Assembly: GCA_050506795.1 (NCBI GenBank)
Contig: JBJHCF010000072.1
Span: 1 to 13,460 of the forward strand
Length of the DNA stretch: 13,460 nucleotides
Source: Opitutia bacterium
Lineage (GTDB): Bacteria > Verrucomicrobiota > Verrucomicrobiia > Opitutales > T3Sed10-336
Direction: 5' to 3'
Shown here: one piece after another, positions 1 through 7,952 of the stretch
Numbering within the stretch: position 1 is the stretch's first letter
Layout: each line of letters opens with the position of its first letter
Program-made: the position numbers and the translations under genes
Notes under the pieces: model-generated
What the model was told of the DNA's origin: nothing
Database searches by the model: none
Seen by the model: the letters and a program-made list of their open reading frames with translations, nothing else

Positions 1-109
1 TAAGCGCGGTCCACGCAATTCAATGGCTTAGCTGACATACACGCAACACTCGGTAGTTGTTACTGGTTAGGTTTTACAACGTCCGGACTTTCACCGGACA
101 AGAAGCGCC

Positions 110-460
110 TTGCTTCGCTCGGCGCACAAACGTTACGAGGGGCTGGCCCTCCTTTCGGAGGTCACGGGGTTAACCCCCGAACATATCGCGCTGCTGCATA
201 TTTTCGCCGATATGGGAAGCCCGATTCGAACCGCGGCCCGCAACGGGCGCACCCTGCGGCTGGAGGGCGTGGTCGACGGAGAACGCACCGCGCTGGAAAC
301 CCTCTTGACCATCTACGTCGCCCGCCTGGACCAGTCCCCCCTGATTCGACAGGTGGAAGTGGACCGGACCGATCTGGTCGAAAGCGTGGATGGGCTACAC
401 CTGGCCTTCACGTTGAAGATGGAAACCCAAAACGGAACCGCCGACGCCGACAGCCGATGA
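110..460 (+). pseudogene. pilN: PilN-like (GspL/MshI-type) alignment-complex protein, C-terminal periplasmic domain only; apparently 5'-truncated
   Basis: Sequence 'LLSEVTGLTPEHIALL...LRLEGVV...VARLDQSPLIRQVEV...LAFTLKME' fits the PilN fold pattern. Its stop overlaps the next ATG (ATGA 457-460). There is no N-terminal TM helix, the start is a TTG without an obvious RBS, and in-frame TAG stops lie at 29-31 and 68-70. Confidence 0.65.
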
Positions 461-999
461 AAATCCTCGAAGCCAGCCCCAGGAGCACCCCGCGTTGGAC
501 TTTTCTGATGCCGATCGCCGCCGGCGTCGCTCTCCTGGCCATTGTCGTCATCGGCGTCATTCCCTCGGCCCAGGAGATCAGCGACACGAGGGAGGAGATC
601 GAACGCCTGCAAACCGACCTGCAACGTCAGCAAGCGTTGCGCCCGCTCTTTTTGTCACTGCAGGAGCGCAGAGCGCGAACGCTGCCCAACGGAATTCACG
701 TTGCCGAGCGGACACCCCTGGAAATCGACGACCTCGCCGCCCTGCCCTACCTTTTCGAAGCCCTTGCGCGCACCTCCGGATTGGCGCTGATCTCCGCCAC
801 CCCGCAAGTGCGGTCGTTGCGGGACGGACGCGAGATGTTGCGCGTCGACACGCGGATGCGCGGTGAATTCCAAACCTTTAACGCCTTGATGAACCGGCTC
901 AATCAAATGCCCTTCGTCGAATCCATCGAAACCCTGGGGATCGACGTCGTGGAGTCCGGGCAGGAGATCAACCTTTCCGTTTGGCTGGCAATACGATGA
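457..999 (+). CDS. pilO: PilO/GspM/MshJ-like inner-membrane alignment protein
   Basis: N-terminal TM (FLMPIAAGVALLAIVVIGVI), coiled coil (EISDTREEIERLQTDLQRQQ), C-terminal 'MRGEFQTFNALMNRLNQMPFVESIETLGI' PilO-type pattern; ATGA overlaps at both ends. Confidence 0.8.
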   Translation: MKILEASPRSTPRWTFLMPIAAGVALLAIVVIGVIPSAQEISDTREEIERLQTDLQRQQALRPLFLSLQERRARTLPNGIHVAERTPLEIDDLAALPYLFEALARTSGLALISATPQVRSLRDGREMLRVDTRMRGEFQTFNALMNRLNQMPFVESIETLGIDVVESGQEINLSVWLAIR

Positions 1000-1493
1000 C
1001 CACCAGAGAAAAAATCATTCTTGGATTAACCGCGGCCGCCGCCCTGGGAGGCGGGTTGCATTTCGCTTTGACCTCGTCCGCCTCCGAAACCCGTGCCGCC
1101 CAGACCGAGCAGAGGGATTACAGCGAGTTGATCGCGGAGGTGCAGGAAAACCTGCGCCAGGGAGAACTGACCCAACGCGAGGAATACGCGCTGGCAACCG
1201 CCACCACCCAGTGGCTGCGCGATCCCCTGCGTCCGCAGCCGCTCAGGTCGCCGGCCAATAATGAAATCTTCGCCGAGATTCCATTGCCCGCGTACACCGG
1301 CTTTATCAATACCGGACCCCGGCCCATCGCCATCATCAACGGACGCGATTATCGGGCCGGTGAATCCGTCCAGGGAGGCGAATTCCTCGTGATTGAGATT
1401 CACCCGCAACAGGTGGAGCTCCTGCGTCGCGGGGCATCCGACCCGGTGCGGGTTCCTTTGGGACAAAACTCCGCCAGCTCAGGATTTAGATGA
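996..1493 (+). CDS. MshK/PilP/GspC-HR-like membrane-anchored protein (165 aa; start moved from 981 to ATG 996)
   Basis: ATG 996 overlaps the pilO stop (ATGA). N-terminal hydrophobic anchor, 'RDPLRP' linker, C-terminal beta domain 'YTGFINTGPRPIAIINGRDYRAGESVQGGEFLVIEIHPQQVEL'. Lies directly before the secretin. Confidence 0.7.
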   Translation: MTTREKIILGLTAAAALGGGLHFALTSSASETRAAQTEQRDYSELIAEVQENLRQGELTQREEYALATATTQWLRDPLRPQPLRSPANNEIFAEIPLPAYTGFINTGPRPIAIINGRDYRAGESVQGGEFLVIEIHPQQVELLRRGASDPVRVPLGQNSASSGFR

Positions 1494-3145
1494 ATACTTC
1501 AAAAAACAGTTTTTCACCCCGGGATTCTTATCGCCCCTTCACCGGCCGGCTCGCGCCGGGGATCGGCATCCTGGTCGTCGCCGGCCTCTTCCTGGCAGGC
1601 TGCAAATCGACCAGTCCGCCGCGCATGGCCCAGGACGACGAGAATTTTCAGGAGTGGCGCCAGGTCGCGGCCGAGTCGGGTCAATCCGCCCCTCCCATGT
1701 TGCCGCTTCCGGAAATGCGCGATTTTTACCGGACACCGCCGTCCGAAGCCGACGCCGTCGCCGTCGATACCGTCGCCAGGCCGGATCTGCCGACGATCTC
1801 GGTGACCGATCTGGTGCTGACCCATGAAATGGATGTCGCCGTGCTGCTGCGCGCCCTGGCCGACGCCGCCGACTTAAACGTGCTCATCGGCGAACGGGTC
1901 ACCGGTCCGGTTCTTGTCAGTCTGCGCCGGGAAACCCGCTGGGATCGAATTTTCCTGGCGCTGATCGAGGCTCACGGACTCCACTACGAACTGGAAGAGG
2001 ATCTGCTGCGCATTCTCTCGCGGGAAGACATCGAACGCAGGATCGCCATGGAACGGGCGCTGCACGAGCAACTGCTGGCCGCCGAATTGCGGTCGGGCTC
2101 CGAACCGACCACGGTCGAGACCTTCCGCGTCCGCTACGCCGACCCGGAAAGACTCGCCGATTCAATCCGTGACTCGCTTCAGGGTGTGGCGCGCCGCCCG
2201 GGCGGCGCTGAAACCGTAGAGACGGCGTCCGCCAACGGGCAAAGGCAGAACCGCTTCGTCATCAAAGCCGACTCCGACAGCAATCTGCTGATCGTTCACG
2301 CGGTGCCCGCCGACATCGAACGGGTCCGCGGCCTGATTCAGGGCATGGATCAGCCCACCCACCAAATCCTGATCGAAGCCAACATCGTCCAGGCCAGCAG
2401 CGATATCGCCCGGGAACTGGGATTCCAGTGGGGCGCCTTCCACAGCGCCCGGGACGGGCGTTTGCTGTGGGGAACCACCCCCCAGGCGGACGGCTTCAAT
2501 TCAAATTTCCCCGCCGGTTTCGATCCTCAGGATGCCGGGTTTATCGCCGGCGTCCAGCGCATCAATCAGAGCGAAGTCCTGCAGGCCCAACTGTCCGCCA
2601 TGCAGAGAGACGGCCTGCTCAATATCGTGTCCACACCCTCCATCACCACCCTGGACCGGCAGACGGCCATTATCGAGAGCGGCGAAGAACGGCCCTTTGT
2701 CTCCGCGGTCGGCACCGGCCTGGCCGCCTTCCCGCAAATCGAATTCAAACGGGCGGTGCTGCGCCTCGAGGTCACCCCTCAGGTGATCGACGAGAACTGG
2801 GTCAAGCTGGTCATCGACACCACCAAGGACGAATTCGACGACGCGCAGGCGGTGATCATCGAAGGTACCTTGCAGGTTCCCATCATCACCCGCTCGGCCC
2901 TCACCACCCTCTACCTGGCCGACGGGCAGACCACGGTGATCGGTGGACTCTCCTCGGAAACGCGCAGTGAAACCGAAACCGGAATCCCGATTCTGAAGGA
3001 CATCCCGGGACTGGGCTTTTTCTTCCGCAACAGCACCACCCGCACCGCGCTTAACGACACCCTTATTTTTATCACTCCTCGCATTGTCCCGCCGTCCAAT
3101 AACGCCAACGGGGCCGGGCCGGACGTCGAGGATTCCGAATCATGA
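1490..3145 (+). CDS. pilQ: Secretin (PilQ/MshL/GspD family), predicted lipoprotein
   Basis: Lipobox LAG|C38 (TGC 1601-1603); N-domain 'DSDSNLLIVHAVPADIERVRGLIQGMDQPTHQILIEANIV'; secretin motifs 'STPSITTLDRQTAIIESG', 'LEVTPQV', 'GIPILKDIPGLGFFFR', 'LIFITPRIV'. Confidence 0.93.
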   Translation: MNTSKNSFSPRDSYRPFTGRLAPGIGILVVAGLFLAGCKSTSPPRMAQDDENFQEWRQVAAESGQSAPPMLPLPEMRDFYRTPPSEADAVAVDTVARPDLPTISVTDLVLTHEMDVAVLLRALADAADLNVLIGERVTGPVLVSLRRETRWDRIFLALIEAHGLHYELEEDLLRILSREDIERRIAMERALHEQLLAAELRSGSEPTTVETFRVRYADPERLADSIRDSLQGVARRPGGAETVETASANGQRQNRFVIKADSDSNLLIVHAVPADIERVRGLIQGMDQPTHQILIEANIVQASSDIARELGFQWGAFHSARDGRLLWGTTPQADGFNSNFPAGFDPQDAGFIAGVQRINQSEVLQAQLSAMQRDGLLNIVSTPSITTLDRQTAIIESGEERPFVSAVGTGLAAFPQIEFKRAVLRLEVTPQVIDENWVKLVIDTTKDEFDDAQAVIIEGTLQVPIITRSALTTLYLADGQTTVIGGLSSETRSETETGIPILKDIPGLGFFFRNSTTRTALNDTLIFITPRIVPPSNNANGAGPDVEDSES

Positions 3146-4842
3146 GCCGAAACCTGGAAGAGATGCTGGTGATCGAGGGGCTCCTCTCCACGGAGCAGCT
3201 CAACCGCGTGCAGAACGCATCGCGGCCGGCCGGCATGAAGGTGCAGGAATTCCTTCTGCGCGAGGGCCTGGTGGCCGAGAACGACATGGTCAATGTTCTC
3301 AGCTCCCACCTGCATATCCAGCGCTTCGACCCCGACCTTTACCCGGCGGACCCGGAGTTGGGTGGATTGCTGCCCGCCTCCATGGCGGGAAAATTCAGGG
3401 TGGTCCCCCTGCAGAAAACCGGACCCCTGTTGATCGTCGCCATGCCCGATCCCACCGACGTGGTGGCCATGGACGCCGTGCAGCGCCATGTCAAAATGGA
3501 GGTCGAGCCGGTCATCTGCACCGAGGCCGAATACAACGAGCTCATGGGCAACCTCTACGGACTGGCCTCCGGGCTCGGTTCGCTCGCCGCCGATATCGAG
3601 GAGGTCGACTACGGCGCCGAATCGGCCGACGAGGGGGATGTCAGCGAGGAAGCCCAGGTCCGCGCCCTGATGGATATGGCGGAGGGTTCGACCGCCGTGC
3701 GCAGCGTCAACTGGATCATCACCCGCGCGGTGCGCGAGGGCGCCAGCGACGTGCACATCGCTCCCGAAAAAACCCACGTCCAGGTGCGGCTCAGGGTGGA
3801 CGGCAGTCTCAAGGATTTGCCTCCGATTCCGAAGTCCATGCTGCTTTCCGTGGTGTCCCGTTTGAAAATCCTCGGGCGTATGGACATCGCCGTGACCCGC
3901 ATCCCCCAGGACGGTCGTTTCACCGCGAGACTGGGCGGCCGCGAGATCAATGTGCGCGTTTCCGCGATCCCGACCATTTACGGGGAGAATATCGTTCTGC
4001 GGCTCCTCGATATGAACGCCCTGGTCTTCAAGCTCGAACAGCTCGGCATGGGCGAGGATAATGTCAAAAAGATCAACCAGGCCATCGAACGGCCGCACGG
4101 CATGATCCTCAATACCGGCCCCACCGGAAGTGGGAAAACCACCACTCTGTATTCGGTCCTTTCGATGCTGAACCGGCCCGACGTGAATATCATCACCGTC
4201 GAGGATCCGGTGGAATACCGCATCGCCCGCATTCGTCAGGTGGAACTGAATACGCGCGCCGGCATGACCTTCGCCAGCAGCCTGCGCGCCATGCTGCGCC
4301 AGGATCCGGACATCGTGATGGTGGGTGAGATCCGCGACTCCGAAACCGCAACCATCGCCATTCAGGCCGCGCTCACCGGTCACCTGGTCCTCAGCACGGT
4401 GCACACCAACAACGCCATCGGCACGATCACCCGCCTGATCGACATGGGAATCGAAGCCTTTCTCATCGCGTCGGTGCTCACCTGTGTCATCGCCCAACGC
4501 CTGGTTCGCCGCGTCTGCGCGACCTGCGCCGAAGCCTGGACGCCGCCCGCCCAGGCCCTCGAATTCTGGGGGCTTTCGCCGAACGCCAACGCCCGGTACG
4601 TGCGCGAGCAGGGATGTTATCGCTGCCGCCATACCGGTTATCGCGGCCGAACCGGAGTGTACGAAGTCCTGTTGATCGACGAGACCCTGCAATCCCTCAT
4701 CGCCCGCCGCGCGGACGAGTCCGAGCTGCGCGCCGCCGCCCGGAGCAACGGCACCTTCACCACCCTGCGCCAGGACGCCGCCGAGAAAATCCGCAAGGGG
4801 GAAACCACCCTGACGGAAGCCTCCGCCAACGTCGCTCTTTAA
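3142..4842 (+). CDS. pilB: Type IV filament extension ATPase (PilB/GspE/MshE family)
   Basis: ASDVHI, RIPQDGR, Walker A GPTGSGKT, Asp box EDPVEY, Walker B LRQDPDIVMVGEIRD, His box GHLVLSTVHTN, tetracysteine CATC...CYRC followed by GYRGR, MshEN-like N-terminus. Confidence 0.95.
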   Translation: MSRNLEEMLVIEGLLSTEQLNRVQNASRPAGMKVQEFLLREGLVAENDMVNVLSSHLHIQRFDPDLYPADPELGGLLPASMAGKFRVVPLQKTGPLLIVAMPDPTDVVAMDAVQRHVKMEVEPVICTEAEYNELMGNLYGLASGLGSLAADIEEVDYGAESADEGDVSEEAQVRALMDMAEGSTAVRSVNWIITRAVREGASDVHIAPEKTHVQVRLRVDGSLKDLPPIPKSMLLSVVSRLKILGRMDIAVTRIPQDGRFTARLGGREINVRVSAIPTIYGENIVLRLLDMNALVFKLEQLGMGEDNVKKINQAIERPHGMILNTGPTGSGKTTTLYSVLSMLNRPDVNIITVEDPVEYRIARIRQVELNTRAGMTFASSLRAMLRQDPDIVMVGEIRDSETATIAIQAALTGHLVLSTVHTNNAIGTITRLIDMGIEAFLIASVLTCVIAQRLVRRVCATCAEAWTPPAQALEFWGLSPNANARYVREQGCYRCRHTGYRGRTGVYEVLLIDETLQSLIARRADESELRAAARSNGTFTTLRQDAAEKIRKGETTLTEASANVAL

Positions 4843-4860
4843 AACCCAAAGGCATCCATC

Positions 4861-6090
4861 ATGGCAGTTTACAATTACCAGGCATCCGACGCGAACGGCA
4901 AGATGAGGACGGGAGTGCTCACCGCCGAGACGCTGGAGGAGGCCCTCGGTCGCATCGCCGAAGCGAACCTGGTGCCCGTCGACTTGCAGCGCATGAGCGG
5001 CGGCAGCACCGAGGGATGGTGGGAACAGATCCAGAGCCGCTACCTGCCGGTGCCCACCCAGGACCTGATCGTGTTCACCAAACAACTGGTCACCATGGTG
5101 CGGGTCGGCATCCCGATCACCCAAGCGTTTGATATCCTCAAAGACCAGACCGAGCAGCCGCGACTGCGGCGACTGGCCGGGGTCATCCGCGACGATGTCG
5201 AGGCCGGCACCAGCCTTTCCCTCGCCATGGGCAAACACCCGAGCGTGTTCACTCCCCTGTACTGCAGCATGGTGGAAGCGGGCGAGGCCAGCGGAACCCT
5301 GCCGGAGGTCCTCGACCGCTTGCTCTATTTGATCGAGCACGAAGCCATGGTGAAGGCGGAAGTCCGCACCGCCATGCGTTATCCCATCATGGTGATCGTG
5401 GCCCTGGCCATGGCCTTTATCATCATGCTCAGTTTTGTCATCCCGCGCTTTGTCGGTTTCTTCGAGCAAGCCGGGCTCGATCTCCCCCTGCCGACGCAAA
5501 TCTGCATTTCGCTCAGCAAATTCCTCACCGCCTACGGGCCCTGGATCGCAATCGGCACGGTCGGCGCCGGATTTGCGCTGCACCGTCTGCTCAATCACAC
5601 CGAACGCGGACGCCTGATTCGGGACCGCGCCCTGCTGCACACCCCCCTGATCGGACCGGTGTTCATGAAAGCGGCGATGTCCCGCTTCGCCAGCATTTTC
5701 GCCATCCTGCAGTCCAGCGGCGTGCTGGTGCTCGATGCGCTGCGCATCCTCTCCGAAACCGTGGGCAACGCCGCCATCGCGGCCGAGTTCGAAAAGGTCC
5801 GCTCCATGCTGGAGGAGGGTCACGGCATCGCCGATCCCCTCCGGGCGGCCAAGTATTTCCCTCCCATGCTGATCAACATGGTCGCCATCGGCGAGGAGTC
5901 CGGCCGCCTGGACGAAATGCTGAGGGAGGTGTCCGCCCACTACGACGTGGAGGTGCGCTACACCATGAAAAAAATGACCGATTCCATCGGTCCCATCCTG
6001 ATCGTCTCTCTGACCTTCGTCGTCGGTTTCTTCGCCCTGGCGATTTACATGCCGATGTGGGACCTGACCCAGATGGCCACCCGTAATTGA
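4861..6090 (+). CDS. pilC: Inner-membrane platform protein (PilC/GspF/MshG family)
   Basis: 'FTKQLVTMVRVGIPI', 'MVEAGEASGTL', 'AMRYP', 'LPLPTQI', second domain 'MVAIGEESGRLDEML', terminal TM 'LAIYMPMW'; 409 aa. Confidence 0.95.
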   Translation: MAVYNYQASDANGKMRTGVLTAETLEEALGRIAEANLVPVDLQRMSGGSTEGWWEQIQSRYLPVPTQDLIVFTKQLVTMVRVGIPITQAFDILKDQTEQPRLRRLAGVIRDDVEAGTSLSLAMGKHPSVFTPLYCSMVEAGEASGTLPEVLDRLLYLIEHEAMVKAEVRTAMRYPIMVIVALAMAFIIMLSFVIPRFVGFFEQAGLDLPLPTQICISLSKFLTAYGPWIAIGTVGAGFALHRLLNHTERGRLIRDRALLHTPLIGPVFMKAAMSRFASIFAILQSSGVLVLDALRILSETVGNAAIAAEFEKVRSMLEEGHGIADPLRAAKYFPPMLINMVAIGEESGRLDEMLREVSAHYDVEVRYTMKKMTDSIGPILIVSLTFVVGFFALAIYMPMWDLTQMATRN

Positions 6091-6143
6091 CCCATGACCC
6101 ACCCAATTCACCAACTTCATTCCCAACGCGGGAGGCTTGACCG

Positions 6144-7334
6144 ATGAATATCGCCTCACTCCTGGAACTGGCCGTCAATCGCAAGGCCTCCGACGTGCAC
6201 CTGGCGCCCGGACGCAGCCCGGCGCTGCGGATCGACGGCGCGCTGCATCCCCTGCGCGATGAATTCGCCCCGCTGACCGTCGAAGAGTGCGAATCGGAGA
6301 TTTACGGCATTCTTCTCAAGCACCAGAGCGAGGCGCTCGACCGCAACATGGAGGTCGATATCGGCTACCAGCTCGACCTGCCCGAGGGGTTCAGCCGTTT
6401 CCGCGTCAACATCCACCGCCAGCAAAACGGTCTGGCGGCCATCTTTCGCCTGATCCCCGATCACATACCCACCGTGGAGGAGCTCACCCTGGAGGAGTCG
6501 ATCTTTCGCTTCGCCGAACTGCCCCGCGGACTGGTCCTCTTCACCGGGGCCACCGGCACCGGGAAATCGACCACGCTCGCCTGCCTGGTGGACCAGATCA
6601 ACCGCCGCTACCCCAAGCACATTCTCACCATCGAGGACCCGATCGAGTACACCCACACCGAAAAAAGGGCCTGCATCACCCAGCGCGAACTGGGCACCCA
6701 CACCCACGGCTTCGCCCCGGCCCTCAAGTCGGCGCTGCGCGAGGATCCGGACGTGATTCTGGTCGGGGAAATGCGCGACCTGGAAACCATCCAGCTCGCC
6801 CTGACCGCCAGCGAAACCGGCCACCTGGTCTTTTCCACCGTCCACACCAGCGACACCTCCCAGACCGTGGACCGGATAATCGACGTCTTTCCCCCCGCCC
6901 AGCAAGCCATGGTGCGCTCCCAACTCGCCGCCGTCCTCCAGGGCGTCGTGACCCAGGTCCTGCTGCCCCGCGCCTCCGGCTCCGGTCGTGTCGCCGCCCG
7001 CGAAATTCTGCTGGCCACCCCGGCGGTGCGCACCCTTATCCGCGAACAGAACACCCACCAGCTTTACAACACCCTGACCGCCGGCCTGCAGGCCGGCATG
7101 TGCCCGCTCGAACTCTCCCTGGCCGCCAAAGTCAAAAAACGTCTCATCTCCGAAGCCGAAGCCTTCGCCGCGGCCAACCGTCCCGGAGTCCTCAGCGACT
7201 ACCTCGCCAGCCGCACCTTCTCCTACACCGCCCCCGGCCTGGCCCTCGCCGAGTCCGAGGACTGGGCGGAACCCAAGAAGCGGGAATTCGCAACCGCCGG
7301 GACCACGCAACCGGAAAACGAATCCGATCGATAA
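6144..7334 (+). CDS. pilT: Type IV pilus retraction ATPase PilT
   Basis: ASDVHL, RFRVN, Walker A GATGTGKST, EDPIEY, ALREDPDVILVGEMRD, ETGHLVFSTVHT, DRIIDVFP, AIRNLIRE-like AVRTLIRE; no tetracysteine; RBS GGAGG at 6131-6135. Confidence 0.93.
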   Translation: MNIASLLELAVNRKASDVHLAPGRSPALRIDGALHPLRDEFAPLTVEECESEIYGILLKHQSEALDRNMEVDIGYQLDLPEGFSRFRVNIHRQQNGLAAIFRLIPDHIPTVEELTLEESIFRFAELPRGLVLFTGATGTGKSTTLACLVDQINRRYPKHILTIEDPIEYTHTEKRACITQRELGTHTHGFAPALKSALREDPDVILVGEMRDLETIQLALTASETGHLVFSTVHTSDTSQTVDRIIDVFPPAQQAMVRSQLAAVLQGVVTQVLLPRASGSGRVAAREILLATPAVRTLIREQNTHQLYNTLTAGLQAGMCPLELSLAAKVKKRLISEAEAFAAANRPGVLSDYLASRTFSYTAPGLALAESEDWAEPKKREFATAGTTQPENESDR

Positions 7335-7390
7335 GCCATTTTTACTTCAACCGACTTTCCAAAGGCGCCACCCACGATGGGAGCACCGAG

Positions 7391-7435
7391 GAAGAAATAC
7401 CAAATACCATAACAACGAATAGGAAAATAAATACC
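7391..7435 (+). promoter_or_regulatory. A-rich translation initiation region of the major pilin with three AAATACC copies and an AGGA RBS
   Basis: AAATACC at 7395-7401, 7402-7408 and 7429-7435; AGGA 7421-7424; strongly A-rich against a GC-rich background. Confidence 0.5.
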
Positions 7436-7849
7436 ATGATGACCAACACACATACGTTGACTGAAACCAGGAAGGCAAAAGGCGGTTTCACCCTAATTGA
7501 GGTGATCGCCGTCCTCGTCCTCCTCGGCATACTCACCGCCATCGCCCTGCCGCGTTACATCGACATGACCGAAAACGCGCGCGAGCGGGCTATTGACGCT
7601 GGCATCTCCGAACTGAACGGTCGTGAAGCGCTGGTTTGGGGAAACGTCCTGATTTCCCAAGTTGGTTATACTGACGATGCAAGCGTAACCGGCCACGAGG
7701 ACTACAATCTCGACCTCGGAGGCGATTACTCCCTCGATGGGAACACCCTGACATTTCAAGACCACGATGTGTTGCTGGCCCGAGCAGGATCAAGCTCCGT
7801 AAGTCCAGCTGTCTGGAGCAGGGCCGACGACCCCGGCGACGACGACTAA
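7436..7849 (+). CDS. Probable major type IV pilin (MshA/PilA-like), 137 aa (alternative start 7439)
   Basis: Prepilin motif RKAKGG|FTLIEVIAVLVLLGILTAIALPRY. It has its own A-rich leader with AGGA at 7421-7424 and is followed by a long hairpin, as expected for the highly expressed pilin. This is the 3' part of the track's 6287..7849 ORF. Confidence 0.88.
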   Translation: MMTNTHTLTETRKAKGGFTLIEVIAVLVLLGILTAIALPRYIDMTENARERAIDAGISELNGREALVWGNVLISQVGYTDDASVTGHEDYNLDLGGDYSLDGNTLTFQDHDVLLARAGSSSVSPAVWSRADDPGDDD

Positions 7850-7872
7850 TATCCCTCATGCACGATCCATTC

Positions 7873-7924
7873 AGGGCCGGACTCCTTCCTCGGGATTTCA
7901 ATCCCGAGAAAGGAGTCCGGCCCT
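7873..7924. terminator. Long inverted repeat after the major pilin (partial terminator or mRNA-stabilising hairpin)
   Basis: AGGGCCGGACTCCTTCCTCGGGAT-TTCA-ATCCCGAGAAAGGAGTCCGGCCCT: 24-bp arms with one mismatch, extendable by GATCC/GGATC (7864-7868/7926-7930). No U-tract follows. Confidence 0.7.
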
Positions 7925-7952
7925 CGGATCACACTTTGAATGGGAAATTCCC

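Noticed and set aside
2911..6159. 1082-aa antisense ORF (likewise 6156-7310, 9330-10643, 10991-13282 on the minus strand)
   Set aside because: These mirror well-supported + strand genes and show no recognisable motifs; they are expected shadow ORFs of high-GC codon bias.
6287..7435. Open -1 frame through pilT continuous with the pilin, suggesting a frameshifted PilT-pilin fusion or a 520-aa protein
   Set aside because: The upstream part is Arg/Pro-rich shadow sequence. The A-runs near 6661 and 7134 are not in the canonical X XXY YYZ phase. The pilin has its own RBS and a normal short leader at 7436.
7335..7435. Sigma-54 promoter or c-di-GMP riboswitch upstream of the major pilin
   Set aside because: No TGGCAC-N5-TTGC match and no recognisable riboswitch core; only a weak CCCA-CGA-TGGG stem.
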